Part shown: positions 9,433-19,227 of the stretch, piece by piece
How positions within the stretch are numbered: the stretch's first letter is position 1
How the letters are laid out: each line of letters starts with the position of its first letter
Assembly: GCA_964444865.1 (NCBI GenBank)
Contig: CAYUJE010000001.1
Coordinates: 2,500 to 66,499 of the forward strand
Reading direction: 5' to 3'
Source of the DNA: an uncultured Pirellulaceae bacterium
GTDB taxonomy: Bacteria > Planctomycetota > Planctomycetia > Pirellulales > Pirellulaceae
DNA: 64,000 bases
Program-made: the position numbers and the translations under genes
Notes under the pieces: model-generated
The model's input: only the letters and a program-made list of their open reading frames with translations
What the model was told of the DNA's origin: nothing
Database searches by the model: none

Positions 9433-10914
9433 ATGAATCCCCTTCAAAACCACATGCTATCCGAAACCCGCCGCTACTTCTTTGGCCGGATGGCGAAAGG
9501 ACTTGGCGCGGCGGCGCTGGGTTCGCTGCTCAATCCCAATCTGTTTGCGGCTGATACCGCGTCGGTGAACCCAGCCGATGAAACCCTGAAAAGTCTCGGC
9601 CAGATGAAGATCCTGCATCATGCTCCCAAGGCCAAGCGGGTAATCTGGCTCTTCATGGCGGATGCACCATCGCAACTCGACTTGTGGGATTACAAACCGA
9701 AGCTGGGAGAGTTCTTTGACAAGGATCTGCCGGAGAGCGTCCGCAACGGGCAGCGGATTACGACAATGACCTCGGGCCAGACCCGTTTTCCTTGCGCCCC
9801 ATCGGTCTTCAAATTCAACCAGCACGGCAAACACGGGGCCTGGATTAGCGAACTGATGCCGAACGTCGGCAGCATCGCGGACGACATCACGATTGTGAAG
9901 TCGGTCAATACTGACGCCATCAATCACGATCCAGCCATCACCTTCATCCAAACCGGCAGCCAGATTCCCGGCCGGCCGAGCATGGGGGCCTGGATGAGCT
10001 ATGGCATTGGCAGCGTGAACGAAAATCTGCCGGCGTTTGTGGTGCTGCACTCCCGCCTTCCCGCCGGCAGCAGCTCGCAGGCCCTCTTCTCCCGCCTGTG
10101 GGGAAGCGGCTTCTTGCCGACCAAGCATCAAGGCGTCGCGCTCCGCTCCTCGGGCGATCCCGTGCTGTTCCTTTCCAATCCGCCGGGCGTGAACGAAAAG
10201 ACCCGCCGCACCATGCTCGACGGCCTCGCTGAACTGAACCAAAAGCGGGCGGCGGAAGTGGGGGATCCCGAGATTAACACCCGCATCGCCCAGTACGAAA
10301 TGGCCTTCCGCATGCAGACTTCCGTGCCGGAACTCGCCGACATCTCCAAGGAATCTCAGAGCACGCTGGACCTCTACGGACCGCAAGTGAAGGACCCCGG
10401 CACGTTCGCGTACAACTGCCTCCTCGCCCGCCGCCTGGCCGAGCGGGGCGTCCGCTTTACCCAGGTCTTCCTCCGCGGCTGGGACCATCACGGCACACTG
10501 CCGGCCAACATTCGCAAGCTGGCCCCCGAGTGCGACAAGCCATCGGCGGGTCTGATTCTGGATCTCAAGCAGCGCGGCATGCTCGACGACACGCTCGTCA
10601 TTTGGGGTGGCGAATTCGGCCGCACGGTCTACAGCCAGGGAACGCTGACCAAGGACAACTACGGCCGTGACCACCATCCCCGCAACTACACCATGTGGAT
10701 GGCCGGCGGCGGCGTGAAAGCGGGCCTCGTCCACGGCGAGACCGACGACTTCAGCTACAACATCACCGACAAGCCGGTCCACGTTCACGACCTCAACGCC
10801 ACCATCCTCCATTGCCTAGGGGTCAACCACGAAAAGCTCACCTACCCCTTCCAAGGCCGCGACTTCCGACTGACGGATGTGCATGGGAATGTGGTGAAGG
10901 ATATACTGGTGTAA
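9433..10914 (+). CDS. DUF1501 (sulfatase-fold) family protein with a Tat-type signal
   Basis: The ORF 9406..10914 has an ATG at 9433 giving [29 protein letters not shown]. It also has GGEFGRT and HHP motifs. DUF1501 is the usual partner of DUF1553 proteins. Confidence 0.85.
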   Translation: MNPLQNHMLSETRRYFFGRMAKGLGAAALGSLLNPNLFAADTASVNPADETLKSLGQMKILHHAPKAKRVIWLFMADAPSQLDLWDYKPKLGEFFDKDLPESVRNGQRITTMTSGQTRFPCAPSVFKFNQHGKHGAWISELMPNVGSIADDITIVKSVNTDAINHDPAITFIQTGSQIPGRPSMGAWMSYGIGSVNENLPAFVVLHSRLPAGSSSQALFSRLWGSGFLPTKHQGVALRSSGDPVLFLSNPPGVNEKTRRTMLDGLAELNQKRAAEVGDPEINTRIAQYEMAFRMQTSVPELADISKESQSTLDLYGPQVKDPGTFAYNCLLARRLAERGVRFTQVFLRGWDHHGTLPANIRKLAPECDKPSAGLILDLKQRGMLDDTLVIWGGEFGRTVYSQGTLTKDNYGRDHHPRNYTMWMAGGGVKAGLVHGETDDFSYNITDKPVHVHDLNATILHCLGVNHEKLTYPFQGRDFRLTDVHGNVVKDILV

Positions 10915-10919
10915 CTCGG

Positions 10920-11420
10920 TTGTTACATGAGCCGACGGAGGTTGTCTTGACCGTCAAATCGAGCGACGCGATTCAGGAAACTCTTGCTCGACTGCAAGGT
11001 GCGGCCGAGCATGGTGTAACGGTTGGTTCCCTGTCACCATCCGCCGAGGACGACCGCTGGATCGTGGCCGCTACGGCGCGCGATGGCTGGAGAGTTGACG
11101 TATGCGATCAGGTGCTCCGTGGGAAGGGAATCGCCACCCAATTGGAATCGGCCGGCGGAAAAATGCTCTTGGTGAAGCGCTCCGACTATTCCGCCGCGGT
11201 TGCTGCCCTTGAATCCGACAAACGCCGCCTATGGTCGAAGCCAGGCAAGCTGGATGGAACGATCGTGACTGTCACTTTCCTGTTCGTTGTCTCGGCTGTT
11301 ATTATCGGAATGGCGGTGACAATCGGCGGTCAAGAGTGGGGGCCGTTCGTCATCGCGATTACAGTGGCGGGAGTAGCCTTTCTCGGCCTGTTGTCGCTCG
11401 CGCGTCTCGCAAGTCGCTGA
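10920..11420 (+). CDS. hypothetical small membrane protein (start uncertain)
   Basis: This is the 3' part of ORF 10695..11420 that lies beyond the DUF1501 stop. It has a possible TTG start at 10920 and two C-terminal hydrophobic helices (IVTVTFLFVVSAVIIGMAV, FVIAITVAGVAFLGLLSLA). Confidence 0.3.
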   Translation: MLHEPTEVVLTVKSSDAIQETLARLQGAAEHGVTVGSLSPSAEDDRWIVAATARDGWRVDVCDQVLRGKGIATQLESAGGKMLLVKRSDYSAAVAALESDKRRLWSKPGKLDGTIVTVTFLFVVSAVIIGMAVTIGGQEWGPFVIAITVAGVAFLGLLSLARLASR

Positions 11421-11473
11421 TGCCTGCTCTATAATTGGCTCGGCACACCAATCTTTAACCGACCGAGGAACTC

Positions 11474-12742
11474 ATGTCCCAATCTTCCCTCTCCCGTCGC
11501 TCCTTCCTCAAAACCTCCGCTGCCGCCTCCACTCTCTTCGCCGCGCCGTACTTCGTCCCGGCTCGGGCCTTCGGGGCGAACGAGCGGATTGTGACGGGCC
11601 ACATCGGCCTCGGACCGCAAGGGAAAGTGAATCTCAAGGCTCTGCTCAAGAATGCCGCGGCTGTCTGCGATGTTGATAAGAACCGAGCGGCACAAGCGGC
11701 GAAAATGGTCACGGATGGCGGAAACAAGTGCGAAGTCTTTGGCGACTATCGCAAGCTCCTCGACCGCAAGGATATCGATGCCGTCGTCGTTTGCACGCCC
11801 GACCACTGGCATGCCCTGGCCACCATCCATGCTTGCCAGGCGGGTAAGGATGTTTATTGCGAGAAGCCCTTGTCGCTCACTATTCTCGAAGGTCGCCAGA
11901 TGGTCGAAGCGGCTCGCGCGAACAAGCGAGTTGTGCAGACCGGCTCGCAGCAGCGGAGCGATGCCAGGTTTCGCCAAGCGTGCGAATATGTCCGCAGCGG
12001 CAGAATCGGCCAGGTGAAAGAAGTCCTCGTCGGCATCCCCGGCCCGAACCATCCCAAATCAGCCGTCCCCGATTCCGATCCGCCGAGCGAACTCGACTAC
12101 GAAATGTGGCTCGGCCCGGCTCCCCAGCGGCCTTACAACGTCAACCGGGTCCACTACAACTTCCGCTTCTTCTGGGACTACAGCGGCGGTCAGATGACCA
12201 ACTTCGGGGCCCACCACATCGACATCGCCCAGTGGGGCCTCGGCATGGACGCCTCCGGACCTGTCTCCACGGAAGGGGCCGCCACCTTCGTCCCCGATCG
12301 TTCCATTTGCGAAGTCACCCGCACCTGCCGCGTCACGCACACTTATGCCAATGGCATCAAGATGATCGTCGGCCAGGGAGAGAAAGACATCCCCGATGGA
12401 GTCACCTTCATCGGCGACAAGGGGCGGATTGCCGTCACCCGCGGCAAGATTGAAAGCGACCCCGCGGACCTCCTCAAAACCCCACTGGGAGAAGGCGATA
12501 CGCGTCTCTATGCCAGCGGCAACCACCACGCCGACTTCCTGGCCTGCATCAAGTCCCGCCAAAACCCGGTCGCCGACGTGGAAATCGGCCACCGCACCGC
12601 CACCATCTGCCACCTCGGCAACATCGCCCTCCGCCTCGGCCGCAAGCTCACCTGGGATCCCTCCCACGAGCAAATCACCGGCGACGACGAAGCGGCCAAA
12701 TGGGTCAGCCGGCCCTACCGGGCACCTTGGAAGCTGGGGTAA
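11474..12742 (+). CDS. Gfo/Idh/MocA family oxidoreductase with a Tat signal
   Basis: 422-aa ORF with SRRSFLKTSAAAS twin-arginine signal, a Rossmann N-terminus, DAVVVCTPDHWHA and the EKPLS motif. Confidence 0.85.
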   Translation: MSQSSLSRRSFLKTSAAASTLFAAPYFVPARAFGANERIVTGHIGLGPQGKVNLKALLKNAAAVCDVDKNRAAQAAKMVTDGGNKCEVFGDYRKLLDRKDIDAVVVCTPDHWHALATIHACQAGKDVYCEKPLSLTILEGRQMVEAARANKRVVQTGSQQRSDARFRQACEYVRSGRIGQVKEVLVGIPGPNHPKSAVPDSDPPSELDYEMWLGPAPQRPYNVNRVHYNFRFFWDYSGGQMTNFGAHHIDIAQWGLGMDASGPVSTEGAATFVPDRSICEVTRTCRVTHTYANGIKMIVGQGEKDIPDGVTFIGDKGRIAVTRGKIESDPADLLKTPLGEGDTRLYASGNHHADFLACIKSRQNPVADVEIGHRTATICHLGNIALRLGRKLTWDPSHEQITGDDEAAKWVSRPYRAPWKLG

Positions 12743-13369
12743 AGACAGTCGCGGTTGCGGCAGCAACGCAATTCGTGATAAGTCCCCTTTCGAGGGGCAT
12801 TATTCACGATATTCATGCCTTCTCGCTCAAAAACTTGCGTTGAGAGCAGTCGCCCTAACCAACATAGCCATCGCTACTTACGGCCTCCGCATTCGACGTA
12901 AGTCCGTGAATCAAGTCTCAGAATGGCTCTTCTTGATTCACGCCCCGACCAGGGGTTTGATAAGGGCCCATTCATATTGCATCGCGCCGACTCCGCCGCT
13001 TTGCGCTGACTCCCCGCGAACATCAGGGACGCTCCCGGCGCGCAGCTTCGCCGCTGAGCAGACCGCTCGGTCGTTCCAAATCCCAACTGTCCACCCCATT
13101 GTCAAACAGCACCCCAGAGCCCGTTTTCGCCCCGAGTCCGAGCCCCAGGCTCGCAAAAACATCGTATACAACTCCATGTGACACAGTCAATCTATTTAAA
13201 CATTTTTTTGAATACTTGATAGTGTTGGCGCAGCCAAGAAATATGCTTCCTGGGGATTCCTACTTGACCCGTCATCAACGGAGTGCTGGAATTGCGAGGG
13301 CGCAGGTGATTCCGCAGGCCGCAGTGGCATAGCTCCCTTGCCGCAGGGTTAGGCACGATAGAGGAACTC

Positions 13370-13837
13370 ATGAAACTCCACGGCAGACTGTCACTTCTGG
13401 TGTTAGCCCTCGCGTGCTGCTCATGTAGCAGCAAGCCCAGCACACTCGTCGAAGGAGGCTACGACGAAAAGGAAATGGATGCCGCGATTGCCAGGGCCCG
13501 GAGCGAAGTCGATTCGTTCATCGCGGAAATGGCGAAGCAGAACGGCGAGGATTTCGCGGTGAAGGCCCCCATTGAAGACAAGGGGCAGACGGAACACTTC
13601 TGGCTGACCGATGTCGTTTACAGCAATGGTGAATTCAAGGGGCAAATCGGCAATGACCCGGGGATTGTCGGCAACGTAAAAATTGGCCAGCCGTGGACCA
13701 TCAAAAAGGAACAAATCTCGGATTGGATGTTTATGCGCAACGGCAAGATGCACGGCAACTACACCATGCGCCCACTGCTTAAAACTCTGCCCGAAAAAGA
13801 GGCCGAAAAGCTGAGGTCGATGTTGGCGAATCCTTAG
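13370..13837 (+). CDS. DUF2314 (YegJ-like) lipoprotein
   Basis: 155-aa ORF with a lipobox-like LALACCSCSS. The EHFWLTDV...GQIGNDPG...ISDWMF...GNYTMRPLL pattern resembles DUF2314. Confidence 0.6.
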   Translation: MKLHGRLSLLVLALACCSCSSKPSTLVEGGYDEKEMDAAIARARSEVDSFIAEMAKQNGEDFAVKAPIEDKGQTEHFWLTDVVYSNGEFKGQIGNDPGIVGNVKIGQPWTIKKEQISDWMFMRNGKMHGNYTMRPLLKTLPEKEAEKLRSMLANP

Positions 13838-14084
13838 CGTTGATCGATCGCCGGCTGTCAAAGAGGAGAACGAATAGACGAGCCAAGAGCCGTCGGCATT
13901 CGGGGTTGATGCCAGCGATTGTAACGTAGATGCAGTTCAAGGAGTCGTGCGGCCCGACGATGGAGTATTAATTGGTTATCATTCCGTTCAGCTCCCAACA
14001 GGCCACGCGGCCTATCCTTGAAAAAAACTCGCAAGCCTTCGGCTAGGAAGTCGCCTTTGCACGAGAGTAATCTTGTACCACTTA

Positions 14085-14255
14085 CTTTTTCCCCATTATC
14101 TCCTTCACTTCTTCCACGGCCTGGTATTCGCCACCTGCTCCTTCGTCAGCACTCCCCGCCAAGCCTGGAGGACTCCATACCTGAGCACGCTGAGCCCATC
14201 CGTGCTGTGGGCGTCGGTGTTGATGACGATGGGGATGTCCCGGTCACGAGCGGAG
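14085..14255 (-). pseudogene. duplicated 3'-terminal fragment of polX (PHP domain C-terminus)
   Basis: The minus-strand translation ARDRDIPIVINTDAHSTDGLSVLRYGVLQAWRGVLTKEQVANTRPWKK parallels the last ~50 aa of the intact PolX. 14193..14237 is identical over 45 nt to 15226..15270. There is no upstream coding continuation. Confidence 0.8.
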
Positions 14256-14383
14256 AGGCGAGTGACGAGTTGGGCAGTGGAGGGCGATATCGTGGTGTGG
14301 CAGACGCTGGCGACGCCTCGATTTTGTCGGATAAGATTTGGACAGTAAATGAAACCCCAAACGTCCGAAGCTAGGCTTAACCG

Positions 14384-14869
14384 ATGCAAACTGTTTACAT
14401 CGAAACGTCCATCCTCAGCTTTCTCCGTTCCAAGCAAAGTGCCCACGTGGTTTCTGCCGCACGGCAGCTATTGACGCGCCGCTGGTGGGATGACGAACGG
14501 AGCAAGTACGAACTTGTGACGTCACAATACGTTCTGGATGAAGCGTCGTGAGGAGGTGCACTTCTCGCCGCCGAGCGGATGCAAGCCCTGGCCGGAATTC
14601 CCTTGGTTGACCTTCCCGATGATATACCGTCACTGGCGGATGGCTTACTGGCGGCGGCAATTCTCCCGCCAAATGCGCGATTGGACGCCCTGCATCTCTG
14701 TGCCGCCAACTTTCACGGGGTAGAATACTTATTGACATGGAATTGCACACACATTGCCAACGCCCGCATTCTTCCCAAAGTGCGTCGATTCCTCGCTGAT
14801 CAAGGCTACACTCTGCCGGAAGTCTGCACGCCCGAGGAGATGATCAATGACGAATACCCCATTCCCTGA
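14384..14869 (+). pseudogene. PIN-domain (VapC-like) toxin gene interrupted by an in-frame TGA
   Basis: MQTVYIETSILSF...YVLDEAS-TGA(14549..14551)-GGALLAAERMQALAGIPL...ALHLCAANFHGVEYLLTWNCTHIANA... reads in one continuous frame. The family pattern as I recall it has Arg at the stop position. Confidence 0.65.
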
Positions 14870-15083
14870 GCCAAGTTCGGATTCCATCATTCGGGATTTG
14901 CACCGAATCCGAGAGGTAATTGTCGAATCTTTCGGTGGCGACCTGCATGCGCTGACAAACGACGCCAGGCAGCGTCAATCTCAATCCGGCAGGGCGATTT
15001 GGCGGGGTAAAACGCCCCCCCAGGCAAACAACGAGAACGGAGCAAATTCCTTGGAGAGCGAATCGACTCCCGCTGCGGGATGA
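14847..15083 (+). CDS. small partner protein of the PIN module (putative antitoxin-like)
   Basis: 78-aa ORF overlapping the PIN ORF by 23 nt. The motif IIRDLHRIREVIVESFGGDLHAL...SGR resembles small proteins usually encoded next to this PIN subfamily. Confidence 0.45.
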   Translation: MTNTPFPEPSSDSIIRDLHRIREVIVESFGGDLHALTNDARQRQSQSGRAIWRGKTPPQANNENGANSLESESTPAAG

Positions 15084-15113
15084 TCGCAGTCGGCTGACGG
15101 TTCCCTACCCTGT

Positions 15114-16850
15114 CTATTTTTTCCCCAGCATCTCCTTCACCTCTTTCCACGGCCGCGTATTCGCCACCTGTTCCTTCGTCAGTCCGCCCCGCCGAGCCTG
15201 GAGGATTCCATATCTCAACACGTTAAGCCCATCCGTGCTGTGGGCGTCGGTGTTGATGACGATGGGGATGCCCCGATCGCGGGCAATTGCGAGATGCACG
15301 TCGTTCAGGTCGAGTCGGGCGGGATTGGCGTTCAGTTCCAGGAATTTGCCGTGCTTCTGGGCGGCGGCGAAGACGGCTTCCAGGTCGACTTCGTAGGGCT
15401 CGCGGCGATTGAGGAGCCGGCCGGTGGGGTGGGCGATGCAATCGACGTGCGGGTTCGATAACGCTCCGACGATGCGGGCCGTGATCTGCTCCCGCGGCTG
15501 TTTTTGGCCGTAGTGGATGCTGGCGACGACCCAGTCGGCCTGGGCCAGGCACTCGTCCGATAAATCCATGTCGCCGTTTTCCAGGATGTCGCACTCAATT
15601 CCCTTGAGGATAACGAAGCCCTTGTTACCCATCTTCTTGTTGATTTTGTCGATCTCTTCCCATTGCAACAGCAGCCGCGTTTCATCCAGGCCGCTGGCCA
15701 TGCTGACCCGTTTGGAGTGGTCGGTGATGGCGATGTACGACAGGCCGCGATCCCGTGCCGCTTCGGCCATCTCTTCCATCGAGGCGGTACCGTCGGTGGC
15801 ATGCGTGTGCATGTGGAGGTCGCCGACGATGTCTTTCTCTTCAATCAGTTTGGGTAGCTTTCCCTGGGCGGCCCATTCGAATTCCTGGCGGGCTTCGCGA
15901 ATCTCCGGCGGAAAGACAGGCAGGTCGAGCGTGGCATAAACATCCTCTTCGCTGGCTCCGGCGATGTAGGTTTCCTTCTCGCCCTCGATTTTGTACACGC
16001 CGTACTCGTTAATCTTCAGTCCCTTCGCCTTGGCCATGCCACGCAGGATGACATTGTGCTCCTTGGAGCCGGTGAAGTATTGCAGGGCCGCGCCGAACGA
16101 CTCCGCCGGAACCACCCGCAGATCAATCTGAAAGCCGGCGTCCGTCCGGATCGACATTTTGGTCTCGCCGCGGGCGATGGTCTCGGCACGGCTGGGGAAT
16201 TCGGCAAAACGGTCCATCACCGCGTTCACGTCGTCCGAAACGACGAGCATATCGAGGTCCCCGATCGTCTCCTTGCCACGGCGGTAGCTGCCGCCGAACT
16301 CCAGCTTTTCGACCTTCTTGCAGAATGCCATGTGCCGCCGCAGTTCCTGGGCGATTTGATCCGCCGAGGACCAGTAAAGTCGCTCGTTGGCCTGGGACGC
16401 GATGCCGATCCCTTGCATGATGAGCTGCTCGGTCTTCACGCCGAAGCCCTTGAGCTTGTGCACCTTCCCTTCGGCACAGGCGGCTTTCAGTTCGTCCAGC
16501 GATTTGATGCCGAGCTCTTTGAAAAGCAGGGCCGCCTTCTTCGGCCCAACGCCGGGGATGCGGAGCAGAGCCGGCAGGCTGGGGGGAATTTGCGATTTCA
16601 ATTCATTGAGAAACGGCAGTTCGCCGGTATTCACCAGCGTGACGATTTTCGTCGCCAGGTCCTCGCCAATCCCATCGATCTTCATCAGCTCCTCTTTCCC
16701 CTCCGCGGCCAGAGCGGAAAGGGACTCGGGATAGTCCCGGATGGTCCGGGCACTATTGCGATAGGCCCGCACGCGGAAAGGATTGGCCGACTGAAAATCA
16801 AGCAGGTCGGCAATCAGGTCAAAGGAGTCGGCAATCGAGGAATTGAGCAT
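15114..16850 (-). CDS. polX: DNA polymerase/3'-5' exonuclease PolX (Pol X core plus PHP domain)
   Basis: The ORF runs 15114..17006. The start is set at MLNSSIADSFDLIADLLDF...NPFRVRAYRNSAR (16850) because the upstream htrA ends at 16870. It has HhH motifs, GSYRRGKETIGDLDMLV and PHP motifs (DLHMHT, ITDHS, NTDAH). Confidence 0.85.
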   Translation of the reverse strand: MLNSSIADSFDLIADLLDFQSANPFRVRAYRNSARTIRDYPESLSALAAEGKEELMKIDGIGEDLATKIVTLVNTGELPFLNELKSQIPPSLPALLRIPGVGPKKAALLFKELGIKSLDELKAACAEGKVHKLKGFGVKTEQLIMQGIGIASQANERLYWSSADQIAQELRRHMAFCKKVEKLEFGGSYRRGKETIGDLDMLVVSDDVNAVMDRFAEFPSRAETIARGETKMSIRTDAGFQIDLRVVPAESFGAALQYFTGSKEHNVILRGMAKAKGLKINEYGVYKIEGEKETYIAGASEEDVYATLDLPVFPPEIREARQEFEWAAQGKLPKLIEEKDIVGDLHMHTHATDGTASMEEMAEAARDRGLSYIAITDHSKRVSMASGLDETRLLLQWEEIDKINKKMGNKGFVILKGIECDILENGDMDLSDECLAQADWVVASIHYGQKQPREQITARIVGALSNPHVDCIAHPTGRLLNRREPYEVDLEAVFAAAQKHGKFLELNANPARLDLNDVHLAIARDRGIPIVINTDAHSTDGLNVLRYGILQARRGGLTKEQVANTRPWKEVKEMLGKK

Positions 16851-16869
16851 GTCATGAATGAAAAAGGAC

Positions 16870-18072
16870 TTACTCTCCAGCCGCCAGTTTAACCGGTACT
16901 TCGACGATTTGCCCGCCACGGACAACCCCCAGGATTGTCTCTTCGCCTGGGAGGTGCCGCTCGACGAAAGTGAGGAACTCCTCGCCGCTGGCGACCTTGT
17001 GGCCATCCACGGAGACGATGGTATCGGCCTGGCTCCGGTCCACTCGCCGCTTTTCCACCACGAACGGGCCGCGGCGCTCCTGCTCGCGGATCAATTTGAA
17101 GCCGCGAAGCCCCGCTTTCTCGGCTGGACCACCGGGGGTGACCATGACAACGACAAGCCCCCTTTCGGTCGGCAGAACATGGGTGATGCCGGATTCCGCC
17201 CGGATGACGCGGCCCGTTTCAATGAGCTGCGAAGCGACGCGGCGGAGCGTATCCACCGGAATGGCGAATCCCACGCCGGTATTCTCACCGGTGCTGCTGG
17301 CGATGGCGGTATTCATCCCTATCAGCCGGCCTCGCGTATCCAGCAGCGGCCCTCCGGAGTTGCCCCGGTTTAAAGCGGCGTCAATTTGTATCATGGACCG
17401 CATCGTCCTCCCCTTGGCTGGCAACGAGCGATTGAGGCTGGAGATAATGCCGCAGGACATCGTTCGCTCCAAGCCAAAGGGATTGCCGATGGCGTAGACA
17501 ATCTGGCCGACTTTGAGGCGCGAAGAATCCCCCAAATCAATGGGCACCAGAAGTTCCGTGGGAGCAGCGACTCGCAGAATCGCCACATCATTGGGAAGAT
17601 CGCGGCCGACGACCTTTCCATCGAACGATTCACCACTCGCCAGTGTGACGCGTATTTCCTGGGCACCTTCAATGACATGGTTGTTTGTGAGAATGTGACC
17701 ATTTCTATCGAGAACCGAGCCGGAGCCAGTCCCTTCGGTCGGCACTTCCAGCACAAAAAATGTGGTCTTGTCGGCTTTGGTGGTGATGTGCACCACGCTT
17801 CTGTTCGCCCTTTCATAGACATTGATGTTGGTCCGCTCCTCGGGGGAAAACTCCTCGACGATTTCGTTGTGTACGACTACGGGAGCGGACGCTTCCCCGA
17901 GGGCCGCTGGCCGAGGAGGGCGTCGTGAACTGACTCCCGGCTGGCGAAGTGCTGGCGTCGGCACGGATTCTTGGGCGAGGACTCCACTCAAGCTGCTCGA
18001 CTCGCGCACAGCAAGGGCCACTAAACCTCCCAGAAAAGCGGAAACGGCGCACAGAAAAAGGGGGTGTTTCAT
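16870..18072 (-). CDS. HtrA/DegP-family serine protease with a PDZ domain
   Basis: 400-aa ORF with a signal peptide and the catalytic triad context (TNNHVI, DVAILRV, GNSGGPLLD). A C-terminal PDZ-like region is present. Confidence 0.85.
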   Translation of the reverse strand: MKHPLFLCAVSAFLGGLVALAVRESSSLSGVLAQESVPTPALRQPGVSSRRPPRPAALGEASAPVVVHNEIVEEFSPEERTNINVYERANRSVVHITTKADKTTFFVLEVPTEGTGSGSVLDRNGHILTNNHVIEGAQEIRVTLASGESFDGKVVGRDLPNDVAILRVAAPTELLVPIDLGDSSRLKVGQIVYAIGNPFGLERTMSCGIISSLNRSLPAKGRTMRSMIQIDAALNRGNSGGPLLDTRGRLIGMNTAIASSTGENTGVGFAIPVDTLRRVASQLIETGRVIRAESGITHVLPTERGLVVVMVTPGGPAEKAGLRGFKLIREQERRGPFVVEKRRVDRSQADTIVSVDGHKVASGEEFLTFVERHLPGEETILGVVRGGQIVEVPVKLAAGE

Positions 18073-18121
18073 GGAGAGACTCCTTCTCGAATTTGCGTGC
18101 TTCGTGCAGTCCGTTTGCGAG

Positions 18122-19063
18122 CTATGTCAGCTTACCGGCTTCGGCCAGGCTGCGGACAATGCAATCGGCGACGGCGGCGGCATCCACTTCCAGGGCGACT
18201 TCGATATTGCCGCGGGAATGCGAACTTTCCCGCCGGTCGAAAATGGTGACGCCGGTTGTTAACTCGCCGCTAGTTTCCACATCCCCATTGAGATCATGAG
18301 TCCCAAATAATTCCGGGTGCAATGCCGCGACGAGGGCGACTGCATCGTGGATATGGATGCTTTCCAAGCCGAGCTCGCGGCGATAGGCGCGGAATAAAAA
18401 GGGGACCACCTTGCGGAGGAACTTTCCCGCCCGAGTCAATTCGCCGGGAAGCTGCTCCAAAAGGTCGAGAGAAAACGTGACCTGGCTGGTAACGTCGAGC
18501 GGGATCAGGGTCTTGCTGGTCGGGGAGCGGAAGACGTCCCGGGCGCTCTGCGGATCGCAGAAGATATTAAACTCGGCGCTTGGAGTAACATTGCCGATAC
18601 AATTGACCGCCCCTCCCATAATGACCAGGCGCCCCATTTGCGACGCGATGGCAGGGTCTCGGGAGATTGCCATGGCGACATTGGTCAACGGACCTAGGCA
18701 GAGGATAGTCACCTCGCCCGGTGCGGAACGGACCTCGTCGCAGATGAGCTTTTCGGACGGGTGCTGACGGGCAAGCCTGGAAACTTGAAAACCGGCGCTT
18801 CCCAGCCCGTCATCACCATGAATATGTTTGGCGTCCAGACTGGGGGCGTGGTCGGAAGCTGTCGCAGCGCCTATTCGTGGATATCGCGGGGGATCAAGCT
18901 GTTCAATGATCGCCTGCACATTGAGCGTCGCCCGTTCCGCGGGCACATTTCCCGCCACGGCCGTTACCGCAACTACTTCTAGCCGTGGATCAAACAGAGC
19001 CATGGCGAGAGCGACGGCATCGTCGATACCAGGATCGCAGTCAATGATTACCTTGCGAGGCAT
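18122..19063 (-). CDS. nucleoside hydrolase (inosine/uridine-preferring family)
   Basis: 313-aa ORF with the N-terminal DCDPGIDDAVALAMAL signature. Confidence 0.85.
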   Translation of the reverse strand: MPRKVIIDCDPGIDDAVALAMALFDPRLEVVAVTAVAGNVPAERATLNVQAIIEQLDPPRYPRIGAATASDHAPSLDAKHIHGDDGLGSAGFQVSRLARQHPSEKLICDEVRSAPGEVTILCLGPLTNVAMAISRDPAIASQMGRLVIMGGAVNCIGNVTPSAEFNIFCDPQSARDVFRSPTSKTLIPLDVTSQVTFSLDLLEQLPGELTRAGKFLRKVVPFLFRAYRRELGLESIHIHDAVALVAALHPELFGTHDLNGDVETSGELTTGVTIFDRRESSHSRGNIEVALEVDAAAVADCIVRSLAEAGKLT

Positions 19064-19105
19064 GCCTGCATTTTAGCTGTTTTGAGAAACTGGGGGAATG
19101 CGAAA

Positions 19106-19207
19106 GAATGACTAAGCCCTAATGACTAATGACTAAGCTCTAATGTCTAATGACCAATTGGAGAGCCATTAGCCACTTAGATATTAGACTTTAGGGCTTA
19201 GTCATTC
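19106..19207. repeat. long imperfect palindrome with stop-codon-rich TAATGACTAA-like repeats
   Basis: gaatgactaagccctaa (19106..19122) is the perfect reverse complement of 19191..19207. The interior holds repeated ctaatgac/ctaagc motifs. It lies between divergent genes. Confidence 0.85.
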
Positions 19208-19227
19208 CTTCCCCACCACGGTGTCCT

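Noticed and set aside
9457-10812. 451-aa minus-strand ORF antisense to the DUF1501 gene
   Set aside because: It is a shadow ORF. The sense strand carries clear family motifs and a Tat signal.
14018-14446. ORFs 14018..14374 (+), 14073..14348 (+) and 14105..14446 (-) around the polX fragment
   Set aside because: They are read-through of a duplicated gene fragment. Only the ~48 C-terminal residues of the minus ORF resemble PolX, and the rest has no coding support.
14549-14551. The in-frame TGA in the PIN gene as a selenocysteine codon
   Set aside because: I recall homologues having Arg here, so a single CGA-to-TGA change suffices. I noticed no SECIS-like hairpin immediately downstream, and Sec in a PIN toxin has no precedent known to me.
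16851-17006. N-terminal extension of the polX ORF
   Set aside because: It overlaps the 3' end of htrA (which ends at 16870). The Pol X family N-terminus begins at the Met at 16850.
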